64,000 nucleotides of DNA from the NCBI RefSeq assembly GCF_009914755.1, contig NC_060934.1, one strand, 5' to 3'. This stretch comes from the human T2T-CHM13v2.0 reference genome, Homo sapiens. Made by a program: the position numbers and the translations under genes. Positions within the stretch are counted from its first letter, which is position 1, and every line of letters starts with the position of its first letter. The notes under the pieces are model-generated. The model saw only the letters and a program-made list of their open reading frames with translations. It did not search any database and was not told where the DNA came from. This document shows, in pieces, positions 1 to 40,489 of the stretch.

Positions 1-786
1 AAGTAGTGAACAATTGGGGCCCTGTTACCATATTTGGTGCTAAAACTATATTATGACTTCATTTATATGCAGCAAAGACCTAGTATTAAGGAAGTTTCCC
101 ACAAAACAAATCAAAAATGGGAGACACTTAAATTGCTTAATGAGTTTTATAGCAGCAGAAGAATCCATATTCAACAATGGAGCTCTAAGATTAAAGTCAT
201 TTAAATTCTAGCTATAAGAGGAATTTAATACAGGAGGTACCTCCACAGTCTCAAAGCTATCAGCATTCTTTGTCAGTATACATCAAATTATGTGGAGATA
301 TTGAAGAAGAAAGGCTTCTGAGATTAGTCTGAATGTTGATGTTCTAACGAGTTATAGATCTATCCATTTTTATTCCATCTCAATATGCTTCATGGAGAAA
401 TGTGTTGTGTTTCTGTTGTAGGATACATTTATATTAAGTATAAATACACAGTGCACAGTTTTGATTGTGTTTCTTACATTTCAAGTTTTACCAATAATCT
501 TAAATCTTAAAAAGATTAAGATAATCTTTAAAAATCTAAAATCTTAAGAATATAAAGAGTATTACACTTAAAGACTGAAAAATAATGTAGAGATGGCAAC
601 CCCTAAACCCATTTAATATTCTTGGTCAAATCAAGAATATTAAATTGAGAAGAGTACTCTGAAATGTAAGGATGTTGGATTTGGAAGCATTTTCTACCAT
701 GTTTATAGGTGATACTATTCTATTATACAATAAATCTAACACACATGTACCTGACCAATAATAGTTTAATAGAATATGAAAATAGA

Positions 787-1082
787 GGCCGGGCACGGTG
801 CCTCACGCCTGTAATCCCAGCACTTTGGGAGGCTGAGGTGGGCGGATCACCTGAGGTCAGGAGTTCGAGACCAGCCTGACCAATATGGTGAAACCCCACC
901 TCTACTAAAAATACAAAAAAAAAAAAAAAAAGGCATCGTGGTGTGTGCCTATAGTCCCAGCTACTCAGGAGGCTGAGAGAATTGCTTGAACCCAGGAGGC
1001 GGAGGTTGCAGTGAGCCGAGATCATGCCACTGCCCCCCAGCCTGGGCGACAGAGCGAGACTTGGTTTAAAAAAAAAAAAAAA
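787..1082 (+). mobile_element. AluS
   Basis: ggccgggcacggtg start, dimeric Alu body and A tail; flanking repeat atatgaaa(a)atagag. Confidence 0.95.
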
Positions 1083-3403
1083 GGATATGAAAATAGAGCA
1101 GGAAGGGTTGCCTGTCAAGAGTAAGGAACAAAAGCAGTTAGGAATCAAGGATGGATGCTGTTTTTAATCTCAAAAGGTTCAACTTGATGTTACATCCTTG
1201 TGAGTCTAGGATAGTAAACCCAAATCACCTGTAGTTAACCTTGTGAATTAACTTTTTTGTGCCTCTGCTCTCTGATAACAGACACCTCACATAAGCAGCA
1301 TACAGCAGTTTGCAGCATTCTCCTGCCCTTGGCCAAAATTGTCCTCACCCAGTTATTACTGAGCACATTAGAAACTGCCTTCCAGCCCATCAGTGGCTGT
1401 ATTTTAGAGACATTGTAGCCACTGAAGTATAAATTATCTGGCATTGTCTAATTGCCTACTGTGAGGTAATATTCTTTTTAATGTATTTGTTACCATCCTT
1501 ATTTATTGGAGTTGGCTATGGTGTTAGATTTGGGTAATTTACTGAACTTTTCCCTGTTTATGACCTGTGCTTGTCCCTGACAAGGAAAGCTGATGTATTG
1601 CTACCTGCTGTGTTACAAAGGGTTTGATTACAGTTTCTAAATGGAAGAGATTGCCCCCAGCTGACTCCGTTCTGGAGCAATTCCAGGCTTTAGACTGGTA
1701 CTGATACCACATCTAATAGGATGTGGCTAAGAAGCAATTGGACTTGGACGTTAATAGGGAGCTGCAAATCAGCAAAAGTGTGTTCCACAGGCATATAGTG
1801 TGGTGGAGTGAAATGCAGAGGTTCCTTTTTGAAAGTTTAGCTTATATCCTTTTGCTTTGAAGTTCATTACCAAGGAAAATATGCAAATATCACAACTTAA
1901 CTATTTTATCCTAATGGTGCCTGTGATTAAATGCAAGTGAGAGGTGGCACTTTCAGGAGCTTCCATATACATCTTGGCCTGATCCTTATAGCCTATAATT
2001 CCCACTGCCTTGTGTGTAATCCTAAAGTTCAGGATCAAACCATCTGGGAGGTAAACTCTAATTGTCTATGCTTTCCTCTTTCTAAAATAAAATATGAGTT
2101 ATAATTGGACTTTTTAAGCAAGAATATGAATAGGATAATGACTGCTGACATTCAAACCCCTTTTTTTTTTGAGACTGAGTTTGAATTTACAGAATGTAAC
2201 ACTGTCTCTGAAGAATACAAAAAGTATACATCCCAATAATTATACTTTCATTTTTTTCTTTTTCTCTTTTTTTTTTTTTTTTGATCACTTTGAAGATGAT
2301 ATTGGAAGGATGCCCTCTTGGTTATATATTCAAGCTCTTTGGATACAGTATCTATAGTTGTTTTTTTTTTTAATTGGTTATTGTGACTTCTGAAATAAGG
2401 TTTCCTTTGTGTGAAACTCAGCATGAGGCCAGAATGTGTTAGTCCTGTCTGCTTGCCATGTAATACCTGGCCAACACAACAACCCATGATTGATGGGTGA
2501 ATGCTTGAGGCCTAGTAGTGCTAACGTGAAGTACTGCCTGAAAAAGGACAGCTGTGTCCTCTCTCCCCGTTTGTTTTAGGATTTTCGCAATAAGGTACAT
2601 CCCCCAAATGGTTTCTGCTACCTTTTTAAAAATCAAATGTTTCTACGTGAGCTGTAAATTTTTGAGAATATGTTTTGCTGTATCAGCCCTTGCCTGACAA
2701 GGAATAACATGAACTAGCTTATGTTTCATGATCATCTTCCAAGTGCTGTGGCAACTGAGTTGGCCACTTCTTGTTGGCAGTTCTTGGCACCAGTACAATT
2801 CTAGGTTCTGAACTTGCACCATACTCTTATCGTCATCCAAATTGCAGTGTTTTGGTTCAGTTGGAAAATCAAGGTTACAGTTTGCGTTCACAGAATGAAA
2901 TTTCCCAGCAGTGTTCTGTGATTGTCAGAGTGATGTAATTTGATATATTAAAAATCAACAATTTTTTCCTCAGCTTTGTTTTTTAGACTGAAAATGATTT
3001 GGAGTTTTGGTGAACCTTTATATTTTGACACTACAGGAGCCAGCCACAAGGCCAAATGTGTCAGCTGCCAGTGTTTGCTTGACATACAGGAGAACATTAA
3101 GGAACTCTCAGGTTGGGAGGAGGGAAGTGTTGACCAGGACATCAGACGGAGGTTTCTTGTTTTTGTTTTTTTAAACACTATTTTTAAACTCTTAAGTAGA
3201 GGGACTATTTTAATATTCTAGGTATAGAATAAATAGCTTTTATAACAGTCTTAGTTCTAAATGAAGCAGAACCCGTCTTTGTAAACACTGAGAACTAGAC
3301 CCTGAATGTACAAGCAGGGAAAAGAATAGACAAGTTTACTTGGTTTATCAGAAGCCATAAAACCTTTAGAGCAGATTAAAACCTTTTCTCCTTTTGTTTG
3401 TAG

Positions 3404-3478
3404 ATGGCTCTGAGAGATTCCTCTGCGAATCTGTTTTTAGCTATCAAGTGGCATCCACGCTTAAACAGGTGAAACATG
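3404..3478 (+). CDS. ANAPC16: ANAPC16 (APC/C subunit 16) penultimate coding exon, 75 nt, phase 1/1
   Basis: The acceptor cttttgtttgtag ends at 3403 and the donor gtaag starts at 3479. The exon translates to (D)[24 protein letters not shown](D), which matches APC16. Upstream exons lie outside the window. Confidence 0.96.
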
Positions 3479-3643
3479 GTAAGCACATGAGTGTTGCGTA
3501 CTTGACTGTGAGAATAAATTTGCTAGGGGGTGGATGAGGCTGTGACAAAAATCCCCAAACTCAGCAAGGCTATTTTAGTGGACTTCCTAAATTAAAGAAC
3601 ATTCTAGGTCTTAATCTAGTCATAATGTCCACATTGAGGCTTA

Positions 3644-5941
<2,298 letters not shown>

Positions 5942-6028
5942 TAGAAATTATTTTTATACCAGTCATCATCTTGGTGGCTGGTGGCAGTCTCTTGGGTAAT
6001 ACGTTGTTGCATAATATTCTTTCCTTGA

Positions 6029-6154
<126 letters not shown>

Positions 6155-6761
6155 TACTGCCTGGATGGTCACCTCTGGTGCGCAGCAAGTGCAAAGCCAG
6201 TGGGGGACTTTCTCACAGCTTACATAGCCATCCAGAGATCCACAGCTACGTCACTGAATTGTTAATGCACATTTGTACTTGGTTTCTCTGTATCTATTCA
6301 CAGGCAACAAATACTTATATGTGTGATCTTTCAGGGAATGTTTTGTTTATTTGTTTTTAAAAGTATTGGGAATCAGATTAAGACAATCAGTTTCAGAGAA
6401 CCAGGAGGTTTGGGGTTAAGAGATACTCAAAAATTTTCACAAGCCAAGTAGGGCATATATCAGATTTGGCCAACTGAATGGCGTCTGTCCTGTCATCCAT
6501 ATGGTGCCTGGAAATATTTACCAGTCAAGGTCAAGGTCAGCATCTGTGGTTAAAAATATAGCATTCTGACCTAAAAAAGTTATTTTGCAGATGAATGTGT
6601 TTTCAACTCAGGACCTATCCAAATGAGGAATTTTTAAATATTCTTTTTTTTTTCCTATTTTTAGACATCAATTCTATAGATTCTGACTTTTTCTAACCTC
6701 TTATAGACATGCCAAATGCTGGCAAAAAGAAGTGCTTTTTGGATATGGCAGCACTTGTAAA

Positions 6762-6767
6762 AATAAA
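6762..6767 (+). terminator. proximal poly(A) signal of ANAPC16
   Basis: AATAAA about 600 nt after the stop codon, preceded by TGTA and followed by U-rich sequence. Confidence 0.65.
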
Positions 6768-7046
6768 GCAGTAAGCAAAATCCTTTTAAACACAGAAATC
6801 CTGAGTTCTTCTCATTGGTGGACTCAAGCAATTCTGTAGCAAATAAATCCTTTGAAAGAGCTCCAAATTGGTGGCATTATCCTTTCAAAATCTCAGGGAT
6901 TTGGGATGAAGTGAAGAGGTCAAATTACTTTTTAGAAGAAGGGAATCTAAAAACCATCTCTCCTAAACAAATGGTAGACTGGCTTTACTTAAGGGATATT
7001 TGTCTTTATAGGAGTACATAAATTTATCTTAATGATATTTAAGTAG

Positions 7047-7518
<472 letters not shown>

Positions 7519-7904
7519 TAAGAGATGTGCTGTTTTCCTTCATGGGACCCCACTTTCCACAGTAAACAACTGGTATAATCATTTATTACGTTGTATGCAA
7601 ATTTTGCCTTAGACAACATTTGTCTGGTTCCTTATTAATAACTTGCATCTGATCTGCTTAGAGTTGCTTAATTATAAGTAAATATAATCCCAGTAGCATT
7701 TAGCCTTAATCTCAAGAGTTCAAAATGTTTAACACATTCTACCTGACGGGAGGTGGTGACCTCATTCAGTCGGTTAAGAGCCTGAGCCCTGTGAAGTTAA
7801 ACACCTGCTCATGGTCACATAGCCCAGGCAGAAGAAAATCTCGGACTTGGAATAGATCCCAGTTGCCTGATAATTCATCTCATTATTGCCTCTAAAGCAA
7901 ATTG

Positions 7905-8562
<658 letters not shown>

Positions 8563-8875
8563 TTAATAATTCTTAACTAAAAGAAGTTCCATATTCGACA
8601 GCATTTTAGTTTTTTAATAGTACTTATTAGCATCAACCATCTTGATAATCACCAAGGGAAAAATTAAAAATACCTAGACTGCAATAAACCTTTAAATTGG
8701 ATTTTCAGTGAGAATTTAGAAGCAATCACTACCTTTCTCGTTTCATTTGTGTAACCATGCAGCATAGGCACTGTGTTACATCATCTTTACGCTTTGGTAT
8801 TTGAACTTATTACAGAATTTTTTCTCTAAATTGGATGTTTCTTTATATGACCTTGGAAACTGAAGTGATCTTAGC

Positions 8876-8881
8876 ATTAAA
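8876..8881 (+). terminator. candidate distal poly(A) signal of ANAPC16
   Basis: ATTAAA followed by T-rich sequence; an alternative AATAAA lies at 8683-8688. Confidence 0.5.
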
Positions 8882-9119
8882 CAAAAATGCTTTTTGAAGC
8901 ACCTTTCTCATTGATCACTTAGCTGCTATTTTAGTCTTACCAAGAATAAGACTCTCACAATTTTTTAAAGAGAGTACCTCCCTCTCTATACCTTTTTGTC
9001 AGTCATTATGTTGCATCGTCCACAACGCCTGTTACTATGCTTTGGGCTCAAAGATGGTCCCAGTTGCTGATCTGTCATCTGTCTTCTCTTGTGCCAGTCA
9101 CTCACAGGCATGAATTATA

Positions 9120-9290
9120 ATCCTCTGAATAACACAGCAAGATACGTAATACCCCCTAATATAGAAAAGGAACTTGAAGCTCAGAGCAAGTGTCACTTGC
9201 CAAGGCTGCACAGCTAAGTCAATGGCCAAATCTGGATTTAAGTTCAACTCAGCCAGAATCCAAAGCAGCTTCTTTTAGATTCACTATGCC
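9120..9290 (-). mobile_element. MIR
   Basis: gaagctcagag...cacttgccaaggctgcacagctaag...ggattt resembles the reverse complement of the MIR core. Confidence 0.65.
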
Positions 9291-9519
9291 ACATCCCACC
9301 AAACCCAACCCAGCACATTGTATTAGGAAAAATCCTAAAACTTTTGATTAAATGGTAAAAGGAAGTAACTACCTGGAGAAAATAAGGCTTCCGCTACCTT
9401 CCGTCCTCCCTCCCAGGGCTTGGCAAAAAGAGATCTTGAGCATGAGGAAGGAACAGCTTCTTCAGAAACAGGAATTAGCTGTATGTTGGCTTCTGCATAC
9501 CCTCTTAAGATTCAATATG

Positions 9520-18963
<9,444 letters not shown>

Positions 18964-19292
18964 CTAATTGGAAGCTGCTGAGGGGGATGGAAAGTCTTCA
19001 ATAACAAAGGTAGGAGTGATCAGGAGGGCCTGGGCTCAGAATTCACACCTCTCATTCTGTACCCAGTGTCTCAGGGTAGGTAGAAGTAGCACCCAGGCAC
19101 TGGGAACCCTGGGAACATTCATCATGGTTAACACATGGTGAGTGAAGGGTTACTATATGTGGGGCATTGTGCCAAGCACTCCCCACGCACGATGTCATTT
19201 ACGAAAAGACCATGTGGGATGGGAGGAAGCCACCAAGTTATGGCAGGGATGGCAGGAGAAAATCCTACAGCCTAAGACTACAGGGTCCTTGG

Positions 19293-19708
19293 CTATTATA
19301 TTCATTTGACAGGGCTGCCATAACAAAATACCACAGACTGAGTGGCTTAAACAACAGAAGCTTATTGTCTTGCAGTTCTGGAAGCTAGAAGTCCAAGATC
19401 AAGCTGCTGGCAAGATTGGTTTCTTCTGAGGGCTGTGAAGGAAAAAGTCTGTTCCAGGCTTGTCTCTTTGGCCATCTTCTCCCAATGTCTCTTTACTTAG
19501 TCTTTCCTCTATGCATGTCTCTGTCCAAATGTCCCCTTTTTATAAGGACACCAGTCCCACTGGGTTAGGGCCTACCCTACTGATCTCATTTCAGCTTGAT
19601 GACCTCTTTCAAGACCCATCTCCAAATAAGGTCACATTCTGAGATACTGGGGTTAGGACTTCAAAATACAAATTGGAGTGGGGACAACACAATTCAACGT
19701 GCAACAAC
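19293..19708 (-). mobile_element. MaLR solo LTR (MLT1B/C-like)
   Basis: gggctgccataacaaaataccacagactgagtggcttaaacaacaga ... gtcacattctgagatactggggttaggacttcaa is characteristic of MLT1 LTRs. Confidence 0.85.
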
Positions 19709-19729
19709 AATCTCTAACCCAGCCCTCTC

Positions 19730-25119
<5,390 letters not shown>

Positions 25120-25440
25120 CGTGCCCAGTTTTAACACTTCCTAACACTTCCTAACGATGTGGTCGTGGGCAAGGCACCAGCCTCAGTTTCTTGCTTTGTA
25201 AAATAAACACCTCCTTTAGGCCAGGCATGGAGGCTTATGCCAGGTACCATAGGTGACCGCAGAGCAGGGGGATCCAAGGCTGAGGGTCCAGGAACATTTC
25301 CTTGAAGAAGAGACAGATTTTTAAGCTGAGACCCAAAGGGGAGGGAGATAAATCTGCCAGATGAAGGAGACTGGGAAAAGCGGTTTGGGCAGAACTAACA
25401 GTGTTTGTGAAGACCCAGAATTTAGAGAGCACGTGGCTCA

Positions 25441-32351
<6,911 letters not shown>

Positions 32352-33599
32352 TTAATTTTTTTTTTTTTTTAAAAGAGCATGTTAAGGAGTACAGGCATCC
32401 GTTTTTCTCAGGGCCAAAGATTTCCTATCCCAGTGGGAGCACCAGATGAGAGAAGAGAAAAATCTGCTGTGACCTCTGCCAGTCTCACTTCCAGGTCTAT
32501 GTGTCTGTCTTTAGCATGATTAAAATACTGTAAATTATATGCTTATCCTTTGTTGATGTTCTCTTTATGATCCACCTTATGTGGCTGTATATATTTTGCA
32601 TATCTACATACATATTACTATGCAAAGTTGTATACACAAAGCCATGCATACTGTACTTTATGGAAAATTTAAGAGCGTTTCAGATATAATTAGAACCATA
32701 TGTGTTTTTCCCCTTCTGGGCTGTGGGTGGGAAATGAATCTAGAGCCTGCCCCCGAGGCTTGCGAGGCTGAACTAAGCAGCCAGACTGGCTCTAAAGGCA
32801 ATGGGGAGCTATTAAAAGGTTTGGAGAGGGAGGTCCTAGTGAGGCTGAACAGAGGTAAAATAAACAGAAAGTTCCAGGCTCTCCTTGCTTCTACTTAAGA
32901 AAAATCAGAGCAGTAAATCCCAAACCAGTTCTGCCCACAACTCAAATGCAGATGAGCATCCCTTGCTCCATCTATGCAGGAAAGCCATAGTGTGGGGCTG
33001 TAGGACTATGGAGTCAGCCTCTGCAAGCAACAAGGCTCAGAGGCTGAGGGGCTTCAGGCCCCAGCAAAACCCAGTGATCCTGTTGTCAAATCTGAATGTC
33101 ATCATCTGCCTCCAGGGCGACCAGCTCTGGATGGGGGTGTCAGGGTCAGGATCCTGTTCCATGTGGCAAGAGCTTGGGGAAGCTGCTGCAGGCCTACTGA
33201 TGACCTTCTTTCCTGGCCCAGACACTCTTAAAAACTTCCTGGCGAGGGAGGCAACACACCTTATTGTGCAGCCCTCATCGAACGCATCAGCTGCACTAAG
33301 TGCTGAAGAAAAGTTCCCATAATAACCATGTGTGATAATAAAAAGATAAAGAGGCAAATAGGTATGTAGGTCAGCTCAAAAATAGCCACCCACCCGCCTG
33401 GCCTGGGTAGCCCTTTGTGCCAAGTGGGTAGAAAGGTTTTCCTTGCTTCCCTTCCCAAGCTGATGCCCCCTGCACTTTTCAAGGTTGCCTTAAATACAAC
33501 TCCTTCCTGCACTAGCTGGGGTAGCCAGGGCAGTAGGGACTGCAGCCCTACAGGGGCAGCCCTGCGCTCCCTCCACCAAATCAATCCTGGGGTCAGAGG

Positions 33600-34620
33600 G
33601 CACAAAGGCTTGGCCTCTCTGACGTGAGTTCTCGGGGCTAAGTCAGGGTTTAGGGTAGTGAGTCACAGACATTCTTTCCCCCATCCCTTAGGGTTTGCGC
33701 ACACCCAGGAAGCCTTCCCCTCCCCAACAGAGACCGCTTTGTTAGCACGACCCACCCGGTTGGAGAAGAGTTACAGCCTCAGGGGTGTGAGGGCCTCCTC
33801 GGCCTCTCCCTCCCTCCCCCTCTCTCCTCTCTAGGGCTCTCACCAGAAAGGCGCCAACCCTGCGCCCTGCCCCCACCCAGCCGCCGGGGCCCCAAATGCT
33901 GAGCTCAGCATCTCTGTGGCCTGGCTGCCCTCCTCCCGGGCAGTGGGAGGAGCCTCCTTCCTCCCGAGGGTGGGCGGGGCCAGGGCCAGCCCCGCCCTCC
34001 TCCCCGTTCCCCCTCTCCCTCCATCCCCCTCCCGTTCCTCAGTCGCACGTTCTCCAAGTCACGTCCCCCGCTTCCCCTAGTAGGGGGTCGACGGAGATTG
34101 GACCCTTCCCCCAGTCAGCTGCTCTGCATCTGTCACCTCGGCGGCAGCGCTCCCTTGAGGTCGCACCTCCGCTGTGGAGGGAGGCGAGAGCGAGCTGAGT
34201 GGGGGGTCTTCCCTTCCCCCATCCCGCTGGCCCCAGACAAGCCACCGCAGACCGCGGCGAAATCAGTTAAGCTCTTGCGTGCACCAGTTCCCGGAGCAGA
34301 GTCTGAAAGTTTTTGTGTTTCTGTGCGGCTACTTTTAAGTATAAAAAATTCAGCAGTGGCTCCTGGGTGCCTATGTCAGCGTCTGGCCCTTTGTGGATTA
34401 CGTACGGGACAACTGGGGTGGGGAAGGGCCCCTCTTCACAGGCAGCAATTCCCAGAGTGGCCTTCCTATGGGACCCCAGAGCTCCCAGGGGGAGGATCCC
34501 AGAGGGGGATATGGTAACAGAATCACTGTCACTTCTGGGATTGAGGGTGGCAGCTAAAGGGAAACCCCTCGAGTGTCAGTCGGACTTGCCATTTGAGTCA
34601 GCACTGCTAGGTGCTGCTGA
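33600..34620. promoter_or_regulatory. CpG/GC-rich distal regulatory island about 13 kb upstream of DDIT4
   Basis: Repeat-free and CpG-rich at 33850-34300. Contains GC boxes, ATTGG (34097), ACGTG cores (33622, 34045, 34058), TGAGTCA (33659), TGAGTCAGCA (34594) and TATAAAA (34340). Confidence 0.65.
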
Positions 34621-35184
34621 ATTCTGCAGGGGGAGGAAGAACCTGATCAGATAAAACAAGGGCTGACCTAGAGAAAGTCTCTTGGGTCAACATATTCTTA
34701 GCGATAACAGAAGATCACTCCAACTGTTCTACACCCCACCCTACAACATTGACCCCCCGCTTTCCAGCATTTACAGTCCCTTTTAGTTTACAACTAAGAG
34801 TATGGGTTGCCTGGGATCAGGAAATGAGCCTAGATGTAGAGTCCTGGCTCCAGCCTTGCTGACACTATGTGACTCACTGCACCTATCTGAATCTCAGTTT
34901 TCTCACCTGTGCAGTGACATTGATGAGGTCTGTCCTGCCTACAAACTCTACACACATATATTAGTTGTTGTTTTTTAATTTTTAGTAGAGATGGGGTTCT
35001 CACAACTTGCCCCAGGCTGGTTTGAACTCCTGGATTCAAGCAATCCTCCCATCTCCACCTCCCAAATGCTGGGATTACAGGTGTGAGCCAGTGTACCAGG
35101 CCAGTATTATGCTGGGATTACAGGTGTGAGCCACCATACCAGGCCTTTATTTTTGTTTTGTTGGTTTGTTTCGTTTTTGTTTGA

Positions 35185-35495
<311 letters not shown>

Positions 35496-35645
35496 TGAGA
35501 CAGAGTCTTGCTTTTTGACCCAGGCTGGAGTGCAGTGGCACAATCTCAGCTCACTGTAACCTCAGCCCCCTGGGCTCAAGTGATTTTCCCACCTCAGCCT
35601 CCCAAGAAGCTGGGAATACAGATACACTCTACCATGTCCAGCTAA

Positions 35646-35819
<174 letters not shown>

Positions 35820-36197
35820 TAGAACATGTGGAAAAAGACAAAAAGTTATAAGGCTGGGTGCAGTGCCTCACACCTGTAATCCCAGCACTTTGGGAGGCCG
35901 AGGTGAGCAGATCGCCTGAGGTCAGGAGTTCAAGACCAGCCTGGCCAACATGGTGAAACCCTGTCTTTACTAAAAATACAAATATTAGCCAGGCATGGTG
36001 GCGGGCACCTGTAATCCCAGCTACTTAGGAGGCGGAGGCAGGAGAATCGCTTAAATCCAGGAGACAGGTTGCAGTGAGCCACGATCGTGTCCAGCCTGGG
36101 CAACACAAGACTCCATCTCAAAATTAAAAAAAAAAAAAGTTATGAAAGCCCTAAAAAATATGGAAGTGTGTTTTTTTGTTTGTTTTGGTTTTTTTGA

Positions 36198-36815
<618 letters not shown>

Positions 36816-37399
36816 TCAAAAAAAAAAAAAGATCTTTGTGAAGAGATGGCAAATTGCCAGGTGGGCTGGCAGCTTCCATTTCCTGCCAGCCCAGGTGTTC
36901 CAGAGAAAGGCTCAGCATGCAGACCTGGGCAGCTGCCTTTTGCCTAGACTTGAGTTTCCCAAGCCTTTGACTATTAAGGCCACTGGAGATAAAATGCACT
37001 TCTGAGTGAGGTTAGAGGCATCGCAGAAGGGTGATGAAGGAGACCAAAGCCAGGGAGAAGAAAGTTCCAGAGGATTGAGTGGGGCCTAACTGCCAGGAGA
37101 GAGGGAGATCCTGGAACCTCCTAAGGCTCCCTGCCCTGTCAGTTCCTTGTCCATAAAGTGGGGGAGGTTGGGGGCTGGAAGGAGTACTCTCTTAGGACCT
37201 GCTTATCTTAACATTAAAAGATTTTAGCCGGGCATGGTAGCTCATGCCTGTAATCCCAGCACTTTGGGAGGCTGAGGCGGGCAGATCACCTGAGGTTGGG
37301 AGTTTGAGACCAGGCTGACCAACATGGAGAAACCCCATCTCTACTAAAAATACAAAAAAGTTAGCCAGGTGTGGTGGCACATGCCTGTAATCCCAGCTA

Positions 37400-37600
<201 letters not shown>

Positions 37601-37890
37601 CTAGCTCTACTCACCCCAGCCCTTTGGGAAACGCAGAGGCTAGACAGGTCCTCCTGGTCTCCTTTCTTCTCTAGAAGGAAAAACAACAACAATAGAGTGA
37701 GCTCATTTTGCTGTCCAGACAAATGATGAGCCTGGGTTTGGGCTTTCCCAACTGTGGCAGGTCCTGATCATCTCTGTCATCCCCTGTCATATACTCCCTA
37801 GGCTGGTGGAAAAACCCCCATCCCTGCTTCCCCCTTTGTTATATGGATATCAACAATATTTCCATATTGTAAACCAATTGGAAGCCCTCA

Positions 37891-38436
<546 letters not shown>

Positions 38437-39261
38437 CTAGTAAGTAATCTAAACATTTGCTACTGAAATTAACACAGATAAAATATATAATAAAATGCAA
38501 AATTGTGTTATTTGTAATAAAAATTCTGGGCTTCAAAGACATGGTATGCTTCCTGGGGGCTGCTTCTGGGCCACAGCCCAGACTCCGATCCATCCTTAGT
38601 GGCCAAACAGCCTGCAACTAAGGTCTGCTGACTCCTATCCTCTCACTCCACAGGGCCTGAGCTAGCCGAGGTTTAAGAGACTCACTAGAGAGAGGGGGTT
38701 GCCTAGCCCTCCCTGCACTTCATTGCTTTCTCTCCTCATAAGGATTCAGAACCTAGGATTGGAGAGGGATCTTAGTAATGGCTGGCAGAAACCTGGCCTC
38801 TAAGTGGATGGGATTCCTTACTGACAGTCAGTGGGACAGGTGAGGAGAAAAGAGACAGTGCCGGAGTCAGAAGGACGAGGTTCCAGGCCTGGCTGGGTCC
38901 CTAGGACAACTCATTTGACCACGCGGGCTGGAGACGGGTGGGCTGCATGAAGTCTGGTAGGCTGTCTGTGCCTTTGCTACTGCTGGGATACAGAGGTCTG
39001 CCAGAATCCTCAGGCTACTCTCTCAGCTCTCAAAACCCTTATCCCTTGGCATGGGTGGTTTATCAACCTAGCCCTTTGTGGGGTTCCCACTGCCCTGCCC
39101 TCTCCCCAGAGGAAATGACTTCTTGGGAAACCTAGGACCCCAGGCAGAACCAGGCAGAACTGGTTGTCTGTGAGCTCACCTTTGTCACGTGTGAGCCCTG
39201 TCTACACAGCTGCAAGCTCTCACCCACCCCTAACCCAACCAGGCCTATCTTTCTTTCCTAG

Positions 39262-39740
<479 letters not shown>

Positions 39741-39857
39741 TTCACGGAGGGATTACGGGACTCTCACTTTGAGCCTCAATGTCCACATCTGTAGAATGGC
39801 ACTATATTTGTTCCTTGGGGCATACTTGGACAACAGATTTTTTTTTTTTTTTTTTGA

Positions 39858-40016
<159 letters not shown>

Positions 40017-40360
40017 TAGTAGAGATGGGGGTTTCTCCATGTTGGTCAGGCTGGTCTCGAACTCCCGACCTCAGGTGATCTGCCCGCCTCAGCCTCCCAA
40101 AGTGCTGGGATTACAGGCATGAGCCACCGCGCCCGGTCTGGACAACAGATTTTTAAAAGCTACTTTGAAAGACTGCTCAATACCGTCCAGGCCCGGTGGC
40201 CCATGCCTGTAATCCTAGCACTTTGGGAGGCTGAGGCAGGCGGATCACTTGATGTTAGGAGTTCAAGACCAGCCTGGCCAACATGGTGAAACCCCGTCTC
40301 TACTAAAAATACAAAAATTAGCCAGGCGTGGTGGCACGTGCCTGCAGTGCCAGCTACTCA

Positions 40361-40489
<129 letters not shown>

